A stretch of DNA of 64,000 nucleotides from Dicyema japonicum (lineage: Eukaryota > Animalia > Dicyemida), in contig RDEW01000042.1 in assembly GCA_011109175.1 (NCBI GenBank), forward strand, positions 378,504 through 442,503, written 5' to 3'. Both the position numbers and the translations under genes were made by a program. Shown here piece by piece: positions 11,996 to 23,559 of the stretch (position 1 is its first letter; each line of letters begins with the position of its first letter). The notes below the pieces were generated by a model. It was not told where the DNA came from. It worked only from the letters and a program-made list of their open reading frames with translations, and ran no database searches.

Positions 11996-12410
11996 ATGGA
12001 AGAAACTGGTAACGATATAGAATACGAAGTTGAGGATATCATTGATAGAATTCAACATGGTGAAGTTTTGTACTATCTCATCCAATGGAAGGGCTATTCC
12101 ACGTGATTGATATAATTACCATTAGAAACACATGGGAACCAGAAGGTAATCTTTCATGTGATGAATTAATTGCTGAATTCAATAAACGTAAAAAATCGAA
12201 TCTTTGATTGATTCTGGCCGTAAAATCGAAGTTGTGCTTGGAATGACAAAAACAAAGGACAATAAACTTTGGTTTGCTGTAAAATGGTTGATCTGGCTTT
12301 TAATTCTCAGGGAAGGCTCTGATGAAGTTGATTTCGTGCTTGCCTCTCAAGTCTCTATGGATTATCCTGATCTTGTAATTAAATTTTATGAATCTAAACT
12401 TGCTTTTTAA
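11996..12410 (+). CDS. HP1: HP1/CBX-like protein (chromo and chromoshadow domains), 2 mini-introns, one apparent 1-nt deletion in the hinge
   Basis: YEVEDII...YLIQWKGYS|NTWEPEGNLSCDELIAEF, then IEVVLGMT...FAVKW|EGSDEVDFV...YPDLVIKFYESKL. Introns 12103-12125 (23 nt) and about 12289-12312 (24 nt). Adding one A in the A6 run at 12190-12195 restores the frame. Confidence 0.9.
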
Positions 12411-12649
12411 AATTTTTATTTGGCCTAGATTACTTACTGTCTATCTTATTTTGATCGTTACATGTCTGAAATTGAATTTTCATTATAACATTGCCAGGAG
12501 ACTTTAGTGGTAGACTTTGATCTCGTTTTTTGATTACTTGACATGTCTAATTTTCCTTACTGTAGTGGTTTCCAGCTATATCTCGCTGTTTCCGTCAACA
12601 TTCAATTTTTGCTGGATTCTTTTGAATTTATTTGAAGTGAACTGAGATA

Positions 12650-13320
12650 GTCGGATAATGAAATTGTGTTCCAATGATTTCTTTACAAAAACGAGAAGAA
12701 ACTGAAGACTCATTCAGTGAATCCATTGTAATGACTCAGTTGAAATCAAGGTTGACACCATTATCAAAACGGACATAATGATTGAGCACAACAAGCCAGA
12801 CCTGTTCGTTTTTGATAAAAGGGGAAACAAAATTATCTTGGTTGGAGTGGTAATAACATCTTCCCAAAATCTACAGCAGGTGGAATGCGATTAGCTGAGG
12901 TAGCATGACCTTCTTTCCAAAGAATTGAAGTCGATACACCACGCAGAGGTCTAGATTGTCCCGATTGTACTCACTTGGGATGGCCTAGTGACTTCCCATT
13001 CGTGGAAGTATGCCAGATCTTTGAATATAAGTGAAAGAACGTATGCGTATGTTCAATCGCTGGTACTCAAGGAGACCTTTGAGAGTATGATTGTATCATA
13101 TAAGAACGAAGTCGATGTTTCGCGGCGTTATGATAAACTTAATGAAGGGATAAAGGATATTTACTCTCGGTCTGATTATAAGAAATTCAAGAGAAGAGTG
13201 TTTGCAAAATGATGTATTGAGAAAAAAAGGACTGTGACAATTGGGTTTACTCCCATAGTTGCTCGAAGAGGAACGAATTGGATAGAGAACATTTAATTAG
13301 AATTAACCTTTTAAATAGTA
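12650..13320 (+). mobile_element. R4/Dong-like non-LTR retrotransposon, RLE endonuclease domain and 3' end
   Basis: DTIIKTDIMIEHNKPDLFVFDK...VPIVLTWDGLVT...YVQSLVLKETFES (PD-(D/E)xK-type RLE), with internal stops. Confidence 0.8.
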
Positions 13321-13989
13321 AAATAATAATTTGTTATTTAAATAACATTTATCTTGAAAATATTTATGGACACTAAATTAGAGGATAGCTTCTATGGTAC
13401 CTAAATTCCTTACAAGTATGCCAGTCCGAAAAGGGTAACATATGTGCAGTTACGTACTTCAAAAAAGTTTCGGAGAGTTGGATTAAATCATACGAATTCT
13501 GCTCAAAGCACTCTCGAAAGTTGTTTATTTACACAACTTCGGAAAACCGCGACAAACTAACTGTGGATTGACATGTCTTTTTTTTCGTTGAGGGATGCAT
13601 CAAAATATCTAGAATGATGTTCATATTGAGAGGTTTACCTTTTTTATGACGGAGGGCGCTACTAAGCTAATACCTTGAGATAGTCGAAGAAACTGATTGT
13701 AATTAGACTGTAACTTTAGTATAACTACAATTATAATGAATTTCAGTTATATTAATTCTCACTTTTAAGAAGGTTTTTGACCACGTGCTTTTTAGTTGTT
13801 AGTGGACGCTTTTATTTTATTTAAAGTGCTTAGAAGATTGAAATAAGTAATTTAACATTGTATTTTTAAGAAGAGTGATTAAATTGTCAGTTTTAAAAAA
13901 AATTTAGATTTTTTTTTACCCACGTGGCTGTTTCTCATTGTTTCGACATCTCGGATATCTGGGATCTTGTTTTTAGGCCAAGAAATGAT

Positions 13990-14225
13990 TATAGTTGAAA
14001 GTTTTGGTTTCCAAGCGAAGCGATTTTCCACTTATTCCTCCAGTTGTCTCGACCACAATCGGATAAAACGCGAATCGGTCGCGTAGCGCTTCGTATTTCT
14101 TTCCTTTGCCCTCATCGTTTTTTCCTTTGCATACAGTGTTGTCTACCACGTCCCGACAATGTTGGACGGGCAAAGCGTGTCGACACAAGTAGCGTCCCAG
14201 ACCAAAGGTTTCCCCTCTTCAAATA
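13990..14225 (-). mobile_element. CRE-like RLE fragment
   Basis: Minus strand reads GKPLVWDATCVDTL...KKYEALRDRFAFYPIVVETTGG. Confidence 0.75.
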
Positions 14226-14760
14226 ATTAGAACCGAATCTGGATTTTTATTTTCTTAGGTTACCAGTATAGACGTCATCTACTCACAGATGGAGATTATA
14301 AACAAAAACACTGATTTTTTTTCAAATTCTGCATAATTTTATTTTTTTCATCTGGATTATTTTTATAATATTAAAATCTATATTAAAATTACAAGAATTT
14401 GAATATCAAATATACTAATCAAATGGCGCCATGTGGTGATACCTGGCTAATTGGTTGAAGTTTTCTTTTTGTTTTGTATGTTCCTCCTTTCTCTTCCTAT
14501 TAGAATGGCTTCATGTGATTTACCTGTCTTTTGGTGGTCAGTGCCAGGCTGCCACGAAAAAAGATAATTTTCCCTCCCCCACTTCACTGGAAAGGTTACC
14601 AAAACTGCAAGTAATGGACGCCTTTTACCCTTCATGCTGATTCCGGATGGACTCTATCTGTAGAAGTGGAAACTGGATACACTTAACTAGTTGTTTATTT
14701 ATTTTTTATGTGTATCTGGGTTAATTTATTTAATTAAAAAATAATAATTTAAAAAACAGG

Positions 14761-15267
14761 ATGCGTCTTGTTGTGTTATTTAATCGTCAGGGACATATCC
14801 GTCTCCAAAAGTGTTTTTTTTCGTATTCTCATTCTGAGAAACAACGGCTCATAAAAGAAATCGTTAGACTCACATTGGAAGTCAATCCAGACTGGAATTT
14901 CATAGAATTCGGCGAATATACAATCGTTTTCCGAAGGTAATCCTTACGATATCTACTAGAGATATGCAAGTGTATATTTCTGCGCCCTTATTGATTCTGA
15001 AGACAACGCAATGATGACTTTGGAAGTACTTCACAGATTTGTCGAGATTTTGGACAATTATTTTGGCTCGGTAAGACACACGTGTTACTCAGGTGTGTGA
15101 GATGGATATGATCTATAATCTCAATCAAGTTCATTATTTAATGGACGAGTTCATTCTCGGAGGATATGTGTACGATCCTTCTAATTCGTGATGTTGTTGA
15201 TCGTGTTAAAGAACACGACATCTTTATGGGGGTTTACTTGTTTTGTAATTAATAGGATGACGATTGA
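14761..15267 (+). CDS. AP1S: AP-1 complex sigma (small) subunit-like, 3 mini-introns, one frameshift near the 3' end
   Basis: [17 protein letters not shown]...IVFR|RYASVYFC...LDNYFGS|VCEMDMIYN...MDEFILGG. Introns 14937-14961 (25 nt, needs a GAG acceptor to keep frame), 15071-15092 (22 nt) and 15232-15255 (24 nt). Frameshift at about 15183. Some residues are AP-2-like, so the paralogue call is not certain. Confidence 0.85.
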
Positions 15268-15959
15268 CTACCCCCCTTACTACTTAAATTATTTAAAAAT
15301 AAGTTTTTTGTGGCTGTCTTAGTGAATTCAGTGAAACACATGAATAGTGAAGCTGGCAGTCAGAAATGAAGATTGAAATTTAAAAATCCACAGTAACACT
15401 ATTCACGTAATCCTTACATGCTCATCCAGAGAGATGCTCATAGTATTATCATTTAGCTTCGGGAGATAATTATAGTCACATCACGGCGAAAGAAAATAAT
15501 GTTTGTTAATTTAAAATTTAGAGAATCAAGGAGGAATGTGATTTTTTTGTTAATTTAGTTAAATTGAATTTTTTATCCATTTTCTGATTATCGAGACATC
15601 TAATTTTCTTGCATTTTATTGGGTCCTGAACAGCCACTCTGATTTTTAACCTGATAGATAAGATCTGAAGAGCGATGTCCTAAATAGAATAGTACGTATT
15701 TTTGTCGCAACCATGCAGCCATTATTTTTCCATTTGATCCCCCAATAGCAGTGACCCTTCGACCAGGGAATAAAGTCAATTTAATAAACCATTTTTGTTT
15801 GACCGTCAAATAGTTAAATGTATTATTATTCTACCACCTGACTCGCATTTTGTAAGGCAACTATTCTCTGTAATATCTATGTTCCCCGAGTATAATCGTG
15901 ACATATAATAAAGGGACAAACTACCAAATAAATGCTTACTGTGTTTTTTCCTAAAATAA

Positions 15960-16280
15960 GTTATGGGCCTGGAGCCGCACTTATCATCTTTCCCTGGCTT
16001 CCTCGTTCTCTCAGCGTTACTTGGACGATTATGTATGCTGGAAGAAGGCCGAGAAGATGAAATGGGAAAAGTACGCTGTCCTACCCAATGATTTTTTTGT
16101 TTGTTCCACTCGCCGTTGAGACGTCTGGTTCCCTTGCGCCTGCGACGCTGGAATTCTTGAGTCGTGTGGAATCGGATCGTTACATGAACAGGAGACCCTC
16201 GTGAGCGCTACTGGTTATTTGAGCGAATCTAGCTCGCCATCCTGAGAGGAAATAGCCACACAGTCAGGGCAGCTGCTATA
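15960..16280 (+). mobile_element. CRE-like RLE 3' end
   Basis: EKYAVLP...VPLAVETSGSLAPATLEFL...ERI*LAILRGNSHTV. Confidence 0.75.
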
Positions 16281-16570
16281 TAACAGTTTACTCTTTTTTC
16301 TTTCCTTAATAAAAATTTAAACTTTAGCCAAAATGTGTCATTATTTTTAAAGCCAAAGTGGTCAACATAATAAAATTTTAAAATTTAGTTTCAAACCTCT
16401 TTACTTCATACTTTATTTGCTGTTCTGTGGAATCCAATATTATTCTGCTTAAAATAAAATGACAGTACAATAAAAATAAACACTAATCAGACAAAAAAGA
16501 GGGAGAGATTGTGATTGACTATTATATTAAGGGTTATCCTTCATAAAATTGTTTTTTATTCGCTAATTTA

Positions 16571-16777
16571 TTTTTTTTAATCAATAACAATTTATTGAAG
16601 AATAAAACCAAATAGTTAAAGGCTACTGGCTGCTCTCAGGATTGAGAGCGCATTTCCCCTTACGATCTGTAAGGAGATGCGCTCAATGAGCCAGCCCTTC
16701 TCTCTGACATCCCTCTTCCTTTTAGCCTTTAACTATTTGGTTTTATTCTTCAATAAATTGTTATTGATTAAAAAAAA
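16571..16777. repeat. Perfect 55-bp inverted repeat formed by two back-to-back CRE-like 3' tails, with an inner hairpin
   Basis: Arms 16571-16625 and 16723-16777 are exact reverse complements. Minus strand reads ERISLQIVRGNALSILRAASSL*, then a 3' UTR and poly(A). Confidence 0.85.
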
Positions 16778-16969
16778 AATTTATTTTATAATTAGTTAGA
16801 TCGAATTTGCTGGCAAATTATTTAAATTATAAAAATATTTAACTATTGATTCATAATTTCTAATAATGCCAATGGCCGCGTGGTACTATATGATGCCACG
16901 AGGGTACTAGATTGAAGATTTCTCTTCCTTTAATCTGTTAGCGTCGTTGGATCAATTTCATACAGGAGG

Positions 16970-17170
16970 CGCCTAATGCCTTTCGAAATTTAAAAGGATC
17001 TTTTCATCTTCCCGGGGACAAGTTCGTTGTCCGGCGACGAGTTCTGGAATCGACCTCAGTTCCCCGGACAAAACTCTCTGTATCACTACTTGGTTGAGAG
17101 TTCTGCAGTATCGAGTCAGTATCAAGGAATTAGTTAGTTTACCCTTGATCTTTGGAATGAATTAAGTTAG
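16970..17170 (+). repeat. Dispersed repeat, probable non-LTR 3' end with AT-rich tail (also at 28530-28692 and 53215-53385)
   Basis: Shared blocks gagttctggaatcgac and gagtcag(t/g)atcaagga...gttagttt...tctttgga. Confidence 0.55.
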
Positions 17171-18284
17171 TAATGAGAGACTGGCCATGGAGGATTTCTT
17201 CGCGATTCCGTGGGCGACCTAGTACCACCCTCCCGATTGACCTCAAAGGAGAATTTTAAAAGGTCTGGAGATGGCTATGAGAAAGAGAGGATCAGGATGA
17301 ACTACGTGAGTTTAGTTATGACAGCGACAAGTGGAGGAGATTACTTTGTTGTTGGTTTTTCTGGTTGCTTGTGCATCTTCATTACCTTCGCAAGTCAAAG
17401 TGATAGCTGATTGACTGATGGATTCGCCTATGCTTGTGCTCGAGACTTCATAAAGGTCTAAAAAGTATGGACAAGGACGACATCATGGATGATGTATCAG
17501 TGACTCTTCCTTGGTTCATCAACAAACTCTGCTGAATTATTTAAATGTTGTTTTATGAACTTAGCCTCATGGATGTGTCTAGAAAGTAGAGGATTTCTAT
17601 ATGACAGACACCACAACGTGAAGGACATTATTACCAGAAACAATACATGGTAGTTCACCCATCTTCAAGTTTTTTGATTTTAAAACAAGATTCCTATCTG
17701 GAACATCTTTAGTTTATTATTGTATTAGATGTCTCTCAAATCATCCATTTTGTTTATGCTTATGATAAAAAAAAGTATAGGAGATTATCCACCTTCAGGT
17801 GGTGGAGATATTTAATTTGAGCTCCACTACAACAGTTCACTGTTTCAGAACAGGTACATTTTGGAATAAAATGTTAAACTTAGTATTCCCAGGAATACCA
17901 AATATACTACTGAAAAAATATAAGTTTCACCAACTCCTAGTTTATTTGCACAGACAGACTCTTTAAACATATCAGTTTGGCTAGGTTATCAAGCTTTCGA
18001 ACATTTAAGCGAGGCCCTATTGTTAACGGTTGATTATTAAAAAAATAGCCAGAAATTAGAATTCAATTTTTAAACCGTCAAACGGGGGAAAGACTAGAAT
18101 TCATAGATCTGTCAGAAAAGGATCTTCGAATCAGTCTTTTTAGGTTATGTTATTTCCATTGTCATATCGAAAATTAGCAAACTTCATAATGACACTAAGG
18201 TTAGATTGTTTACAACAGAATAAAGTCATAGACTATCTTGGATGACAGTTCAAATATCAACAAAATAACACTAAATCATTCAGC

Positions 18285-18480
18285 TGGACTACCATTCAAG
18301 GTCATGAGTGCGTGGCTATTCCCTTTCAGGATGACGAGCGAGATTTGCTCAAATAAGAATCAGCGCTAACGGGGATCTTCAGTTCGTAAAGAAATCCGAT
18401 TCCCTTGACTATTCAAAAATTCCAGCGTCGCAGGCGCAAAGGAACCAGACGTTTAACTGCGTGATGAACAAACAGAAATC
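18285..18480 (-). mobile_element. CRE-like RLE 3' end (same subfamily as 15960-16280)
   Basis: Reverse complement acgtctggttcctttgcgcctgcgacgctggaattt is near-identical to about 16120-16160. Confidence 0.75.
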
Positions 18481-18594
18481 ATTAGGTAGGAACGTGTTCG
18501 TGCTAGTTTTGACTTCTCTGTGAGTTATTAAATAAAATTACTTTTTGAATTTTTGAGAAATCAGTTATTGACTTGTAAAAAAGTATGAACCCGA

Positions 18595-20014
18595 AACCTT
18601 GTCTGATTTTAATCAAATCTGATTTTTTTGATTTAAATCAGATTTTTTTGAATTAAATGATTTTTATTCGGAAACAAAGTAAAATAAAAATAAAAACAAT
18701 GGAAATCGTATTTATTTATTTAAAAGCTTGTAAACAAAGACAAGTTTGGCAGCTTTTTCAATTTCCTGCCTATTTCGTACATTTGAATTAAGAATCCAAA
18801 AGTCGAAAAAATTAGTTCTATTCCACCTGGAAGCAACTGCTCCAACTGGTAAGAGTTCGCAAATATTCTTCGTCGTTTTAGGCATATATTTTGTACTTTG
18901 GAAGCAATCTCTGCATCAATATTCGATCTGTGTTCCTCACAAATTCTCAAAATTATAGACCAATTATCCAGATAAGTTTGAAAACAGTCTGATAAAGTGT
19001 TCCAGCCAACATCAATCGGAAGAACAAGTTTTTTTCCTCTAGCAGATTTGTACCATGCCGCTAAAAGATGGACGTTTCAAAAGTATTTATTTATTCTTAC
19101 GATGGTTTTTTTAACGTCAGCTACTTCGACATCCTTTGAAAGAAGGTTGAGATAATGTGCCGAGTAACCATATGTAATAATTTCATCGTCATCTTGCATC
19201 ATTATCCGCCTCATTTTAGTCATACTGGCAGCATTGTCCGTTACAAGACTCCCGATTTTACATTCAAACGGATGCTCGACGGACTTTGCAGAGGCTAAAG
19301 CAACAGATTGAAGATACTCCGTCGTGTGGCTATATCCAGAGGTGTCCACAGTATCAATTAGAAAGTTTTCTCAATCCGATGAAACAACTGACACACAAAT
19401 AACATATTCATTATGAATGTTACTCCACCGTCCAACATCATAGACACTGTCTTGTCCTGGAACCTTTGCCGAAAATCTTCATGTATTTGGTCGTACGCAC
19501 GATCGAGCAATGGACTACCAATTTGATGACGAAAGGGTAAACGATACCCAGGAAGAAGCATTTGGACGAATTTGACAAATTCCGGATGTTGTACAGCAGC
19601 AAAAGGAGTGCTACTGGAATATATGTATCTAGCGAGTTGCAAAATTTTTTTACGATGACGTCGTCGTAGTAACGAAATTGATTAAAGATTGGTCCCTCAT
19701 CCTTGGGAGGAATTCGCTGATCAAATCACTTTCAGGTTTCGACGGATTTTCAGGGATATCGATATTAGTTCGATATAGTAAATGATGCTGCCTCATCCGA
19801 GATACGGGACCTTGTTCCTCCTTCCCGCAATTACGGCATCTGGCTCGACTCCCGGTCTTTTCAGGAATAATACGTTTGTCGAAGTGAACTCACAAGGCAT
19901 CACTCTTTCTTCCAGACATTAAAAAAATTTAAATGATTTTTTTTGGTTTTTTAATGATTTAACTCATTGATTTTTTGTTGATTAAAATCAAATGATTTTA
20001 ATCTAACAACCCTG
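18595..20014 (-). mobile_element. hAT transposon (BED finger and DUF659-like region), internally deleted and frameshifted
   Basis: ATG at 19919; RARCRNCGK...MRQH (BED); LARYIYSSSTPFAAVQHPEF; MMLDG; VTDNAASM; SAHYLNLL; hATC-like FSTFG. CAGGGTTG terminus at 20007-20014, with GATTTWAATC subterminal repeats at both ends. Confidence 0.85.
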
Positions 20015-22759
20015 CTCGAAGGTCCCCAGTAGTTAGAAGATCATCGGGATAGGGTTATATATCCGTCATAAGGAAGGTAAAGGAATTTTTAAATATTACA
20101 AAATTAAGCCGTCTACTCAATCGGATTCTCATCCATACCTGTCCAAATAGATCTACATTTTAACTGGTTTACAGTAATCACTTTGCTAACTCAAACTTAT
20201 GGGAGGTGGAAATGTGTGGACAATTTTGATCCTCCAAAATACAATAAACCTTCAAAAAAGTAAAATTGGTCGTTTATTTTGGTTATCAATTCTTATCTGA
20301 ACGAAATTGCCAGTGGGAAAAATATGGAAAAAATATGGTTAAGGAGCATTTAGTTAGGTCTCTCATGAAATCATCGTCTTGTCAAAATAAACCAGGGTTT
20401 GAAAAATAGAAGATGTACTACTAGGATTCATCTTGATTCAACATAGTACCCTCAGTCTATAGTACCCTCAGATTTGCTAGCCAACATGAACTTTCTAAAA
20501 AGCGCAGAAACTCAAATATTATTTAATTTTTTAAATAATTCATATTTTACTGAAAAAATAAATTAAATAAAAGTTACAAAATACTAAGTGTGTCGCTTTA
20601 GTTGTTGACATCACTCTAGTTACAATTCGTCGAAATTAAATAAAAAATTTATTAATGTCTATGTTCCATCGTACTCTCAGTCTTTTACTAGTGCAACTTT
20701 CAACGTCAGAGGACAAGCTTCCATCACTAAACAGGATACCTCAAGCATAAATTTGGAACAATACAACCTGATGAACTTCGGAGAAAGCTACATTGAGAAA
20801 ACTGGTAGTATGGATATTGAAGAGCATGCCACATCGGAACATTAGTATTCATATGCTTATTGGTAACGCGGGAGAGCATTTTACTAACTAATTACCTAAA
20901 ACGCTAAGACTCCTGGAGTTAATAGTAACTGGAATTACTTAATTAGTAGGCCTTGTTAATATTTTTTAATAATAGAGTTAATAGAAGCTGGTATCTTGAA
21001 GAAATTTAAAAAAAGACTAAAATGCTAACCTCATTCGGTCTAACAAATCAGAAATAGAATCTGCATTTTTCATTCCGTGTTGTCTAAACACTAAGATGCA
21101 AAACATAATATTTTGCTAGCCAGACCCTGACCATGGATTACCCAACTATAAGCACTTTCACGAAATCGATTAATGCTTATAACCCTCATGTGTATCAAAA
21201 GAAAATATTTTGAACCAGAAAACCATCGCCATAGTCAGAATGAAAAAAATTCAGGAGATTCCTGCTTTTGGACTCGAAGGAAATTGCGTCCAAGAGGAAC
21301 GTTGTTGACTAACGGTCTTTTCTGGATATATTTAGAATTATCTGGAGCCACTATAGATGGTAACCATGTGACCCTCCTGCTAGAATCGGCCAGTCAGATT
21401 CCTTTTCTTATAGGGCCATTTAGATAAACCTGGCTCTTCAACCTCTCCTCTCTACCAACCTACGTATATAAACTGGATGATGTGAAAGATGTCATCTGTA
21501 CATTTTGCAACCTCTCTGAGTTGACAGTAAATCAGATTTTATAATGTTAAGGGCTTAGCCATATTTGTAATCTCATGACCTCCGAAAATTTCACTTCCAA
21601 CCTATTTTGGAGTGATAGAATTTACGACTTCATTTCCAGCCATGTGGGCCTTTGAAAATTTTGGACCACAGATTTCCTGATATTGGCGTTTAAGAATTGT
21701 TGCTCCGGAAGGTACCCTATTCAGGCACATTAGTTAAACATTGGCTTAAATTACCTTAAAATCAGTGTTTAATGATTTTCATAAACTTTGAAGGCTGTCC
21801 TAACATATTTTCTTCCAGATATAGGTTGAATAGCCGCTCATTAAGAGCCCTTTGAATTCAATTATTTAAAACAGTGCTTCCCAACCGGTGAGCCGCTAAC
21901 TGGTGCTAATCCTTAGACCAATTGGTACCCGGCAACAAGAAACACAGTTCAGAAATATAGTTTGCATAAATGTCGCATTTTTTAAAATAAAAGCAACTGG
22001 ATGATTTTCTACATCCATTTTCATCAAGAAATGTTCTCTCATGTTTCATTCTATAGACACTCCAAGTTCAGTATATGTCCTTTATCGATGGTTCCACTGT
22101 AAAATGTTTACTAATGAAGCGTTACTCGTCAAGCCAAAGCATCCTAGATGTGTGGAACCTTCAACCGGAATGTACAGCAGCGAAATTTGAACTAGGAGTC
22201 ATAAGGCTCTTAACCGATACTTGTTACACTTCAACCGTTTATGTTGCACATTAATTTATATTTAAAAATTTCCTAAATATTGTTTAGCTTATTTTATAAA
22301 TCTATTTTAATTTTGATTATGAATTTGTTTATTGAAGGATTAAGTAAATAAAAAATAAAGAATTAATTGAACTATCATAATTCTTGTGAGCACGCCTGTT
22401 TCTATTTTTCATAGTGGGACATATCATTGGACCTACTAAGAATGAACCCAATGGAGTAAACAGTGATAAAGTAAGAGCAATGGTCCAACAACTGTTTGCC
22501 ATTCAGGAAATTGATGCAAGACACCGGAATCCAATGTCTCAACCAGAGCGAATCTCAAGCGATCATAGACCAGGTTAATCAGAAAGACAAAGTCTAGTGG
22601 GATTCGGATGTTGTCCGTGTAGTTCAGGCAAGATTCGGAAGATTACTCGAGGTAGATGACATTTATTAACGAAACCCCACTTTTATTTTTATAACCCCAA
22701 TGAAACAATATTACTACTCGTTTCTACCACATAGAACTTTCTCCTATTATAAGAGGAGT

Positions 22760-23160
22760 TGTCACCCTGATACCGCTCCGTTTCCTTCACGCACATCAGC
22801 TAACTCAGTTGATAATTCCACCAGGTGGTTGCTGTCTGAGTACTGACAATAGAGTTGACAAGCTGTGTCTTCAGTTTGATTTTTTGATGCCGTACATTCT
22901 GCATAAGTCATAATATATGCACCTTCTACTTCGTGGTACCCTATGATGTAGTCGCTGTTAAACATCACATTGCAGTGTGTAGCCATGTGATCCACCAACT
23001 CCTTTGGACCTCTTACAATGATCATATATTGAATTTTTACCTGCAACAGATTCCTGTCTTGAATAGGAAATACAAAGCTTCGGGTCTCGGGATATTGTTT
23101 CAATGCTTTCATCTTGGAAACAATCATAAAGCATAGAGCGACTTTCTCCTGACACTATCC
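22760..23160 (-). mobile_element. R4/Dong-like non-LTR fragment (zinc-knuckle region)
   Basis: PETRSFVFPIQDRNLL...LVDHMATHCNVMFNSDY...HEV. Confidence 0.7.
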
Positions 23161-23559
23161 AATCAAAAAATAAGAAATCTTTAGAAATCAAAAGACTTTG
23201 TCAATTTTAATGAATTTGAGCCAATTTGGATCAGAAAGCTAAACTTTTTCCTCTTAGATTATGAAGTACATCCATTATTATCAATCCCCCTGATTATCCA
23301 GAAACAGTGAAACGAAATATCACTAACGATCTCAAAACACGATCACCAATACTGCATGTACGACGGCAGGACCAAGTAGAGTTCAAAGGAGGCAATTTTG
23401 GGAGCGACTTATTTGTAAAAACATGAAAACAAGGAAAAAATTCTAAAGCGAAACATTATTTAAAATCCCAATTTCGCTAAGAAATAGGAGGAAACTAACA
23501 AGCCGAAAAAAGAACTCCGCGAATCGTTCTGGCTAAAAACGAATCGGGATTGCCGTATT

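Noticed and set aside
15600-15960. Mini-intron gene on the minus strand (GT...AG segments of 16-19 nt)
   Set aside because: The candidate introns are shorter than the validated 22-29 nt range, and no recognisable or continuous frame results.
21873-21960. hAT MITE left end CAGTGCTTCCCAACC (and a right-end-like stretch at about 59625-59690)
   Set aside because: No matching partner terminus or TSD was found nearby, so no element could be delimited.
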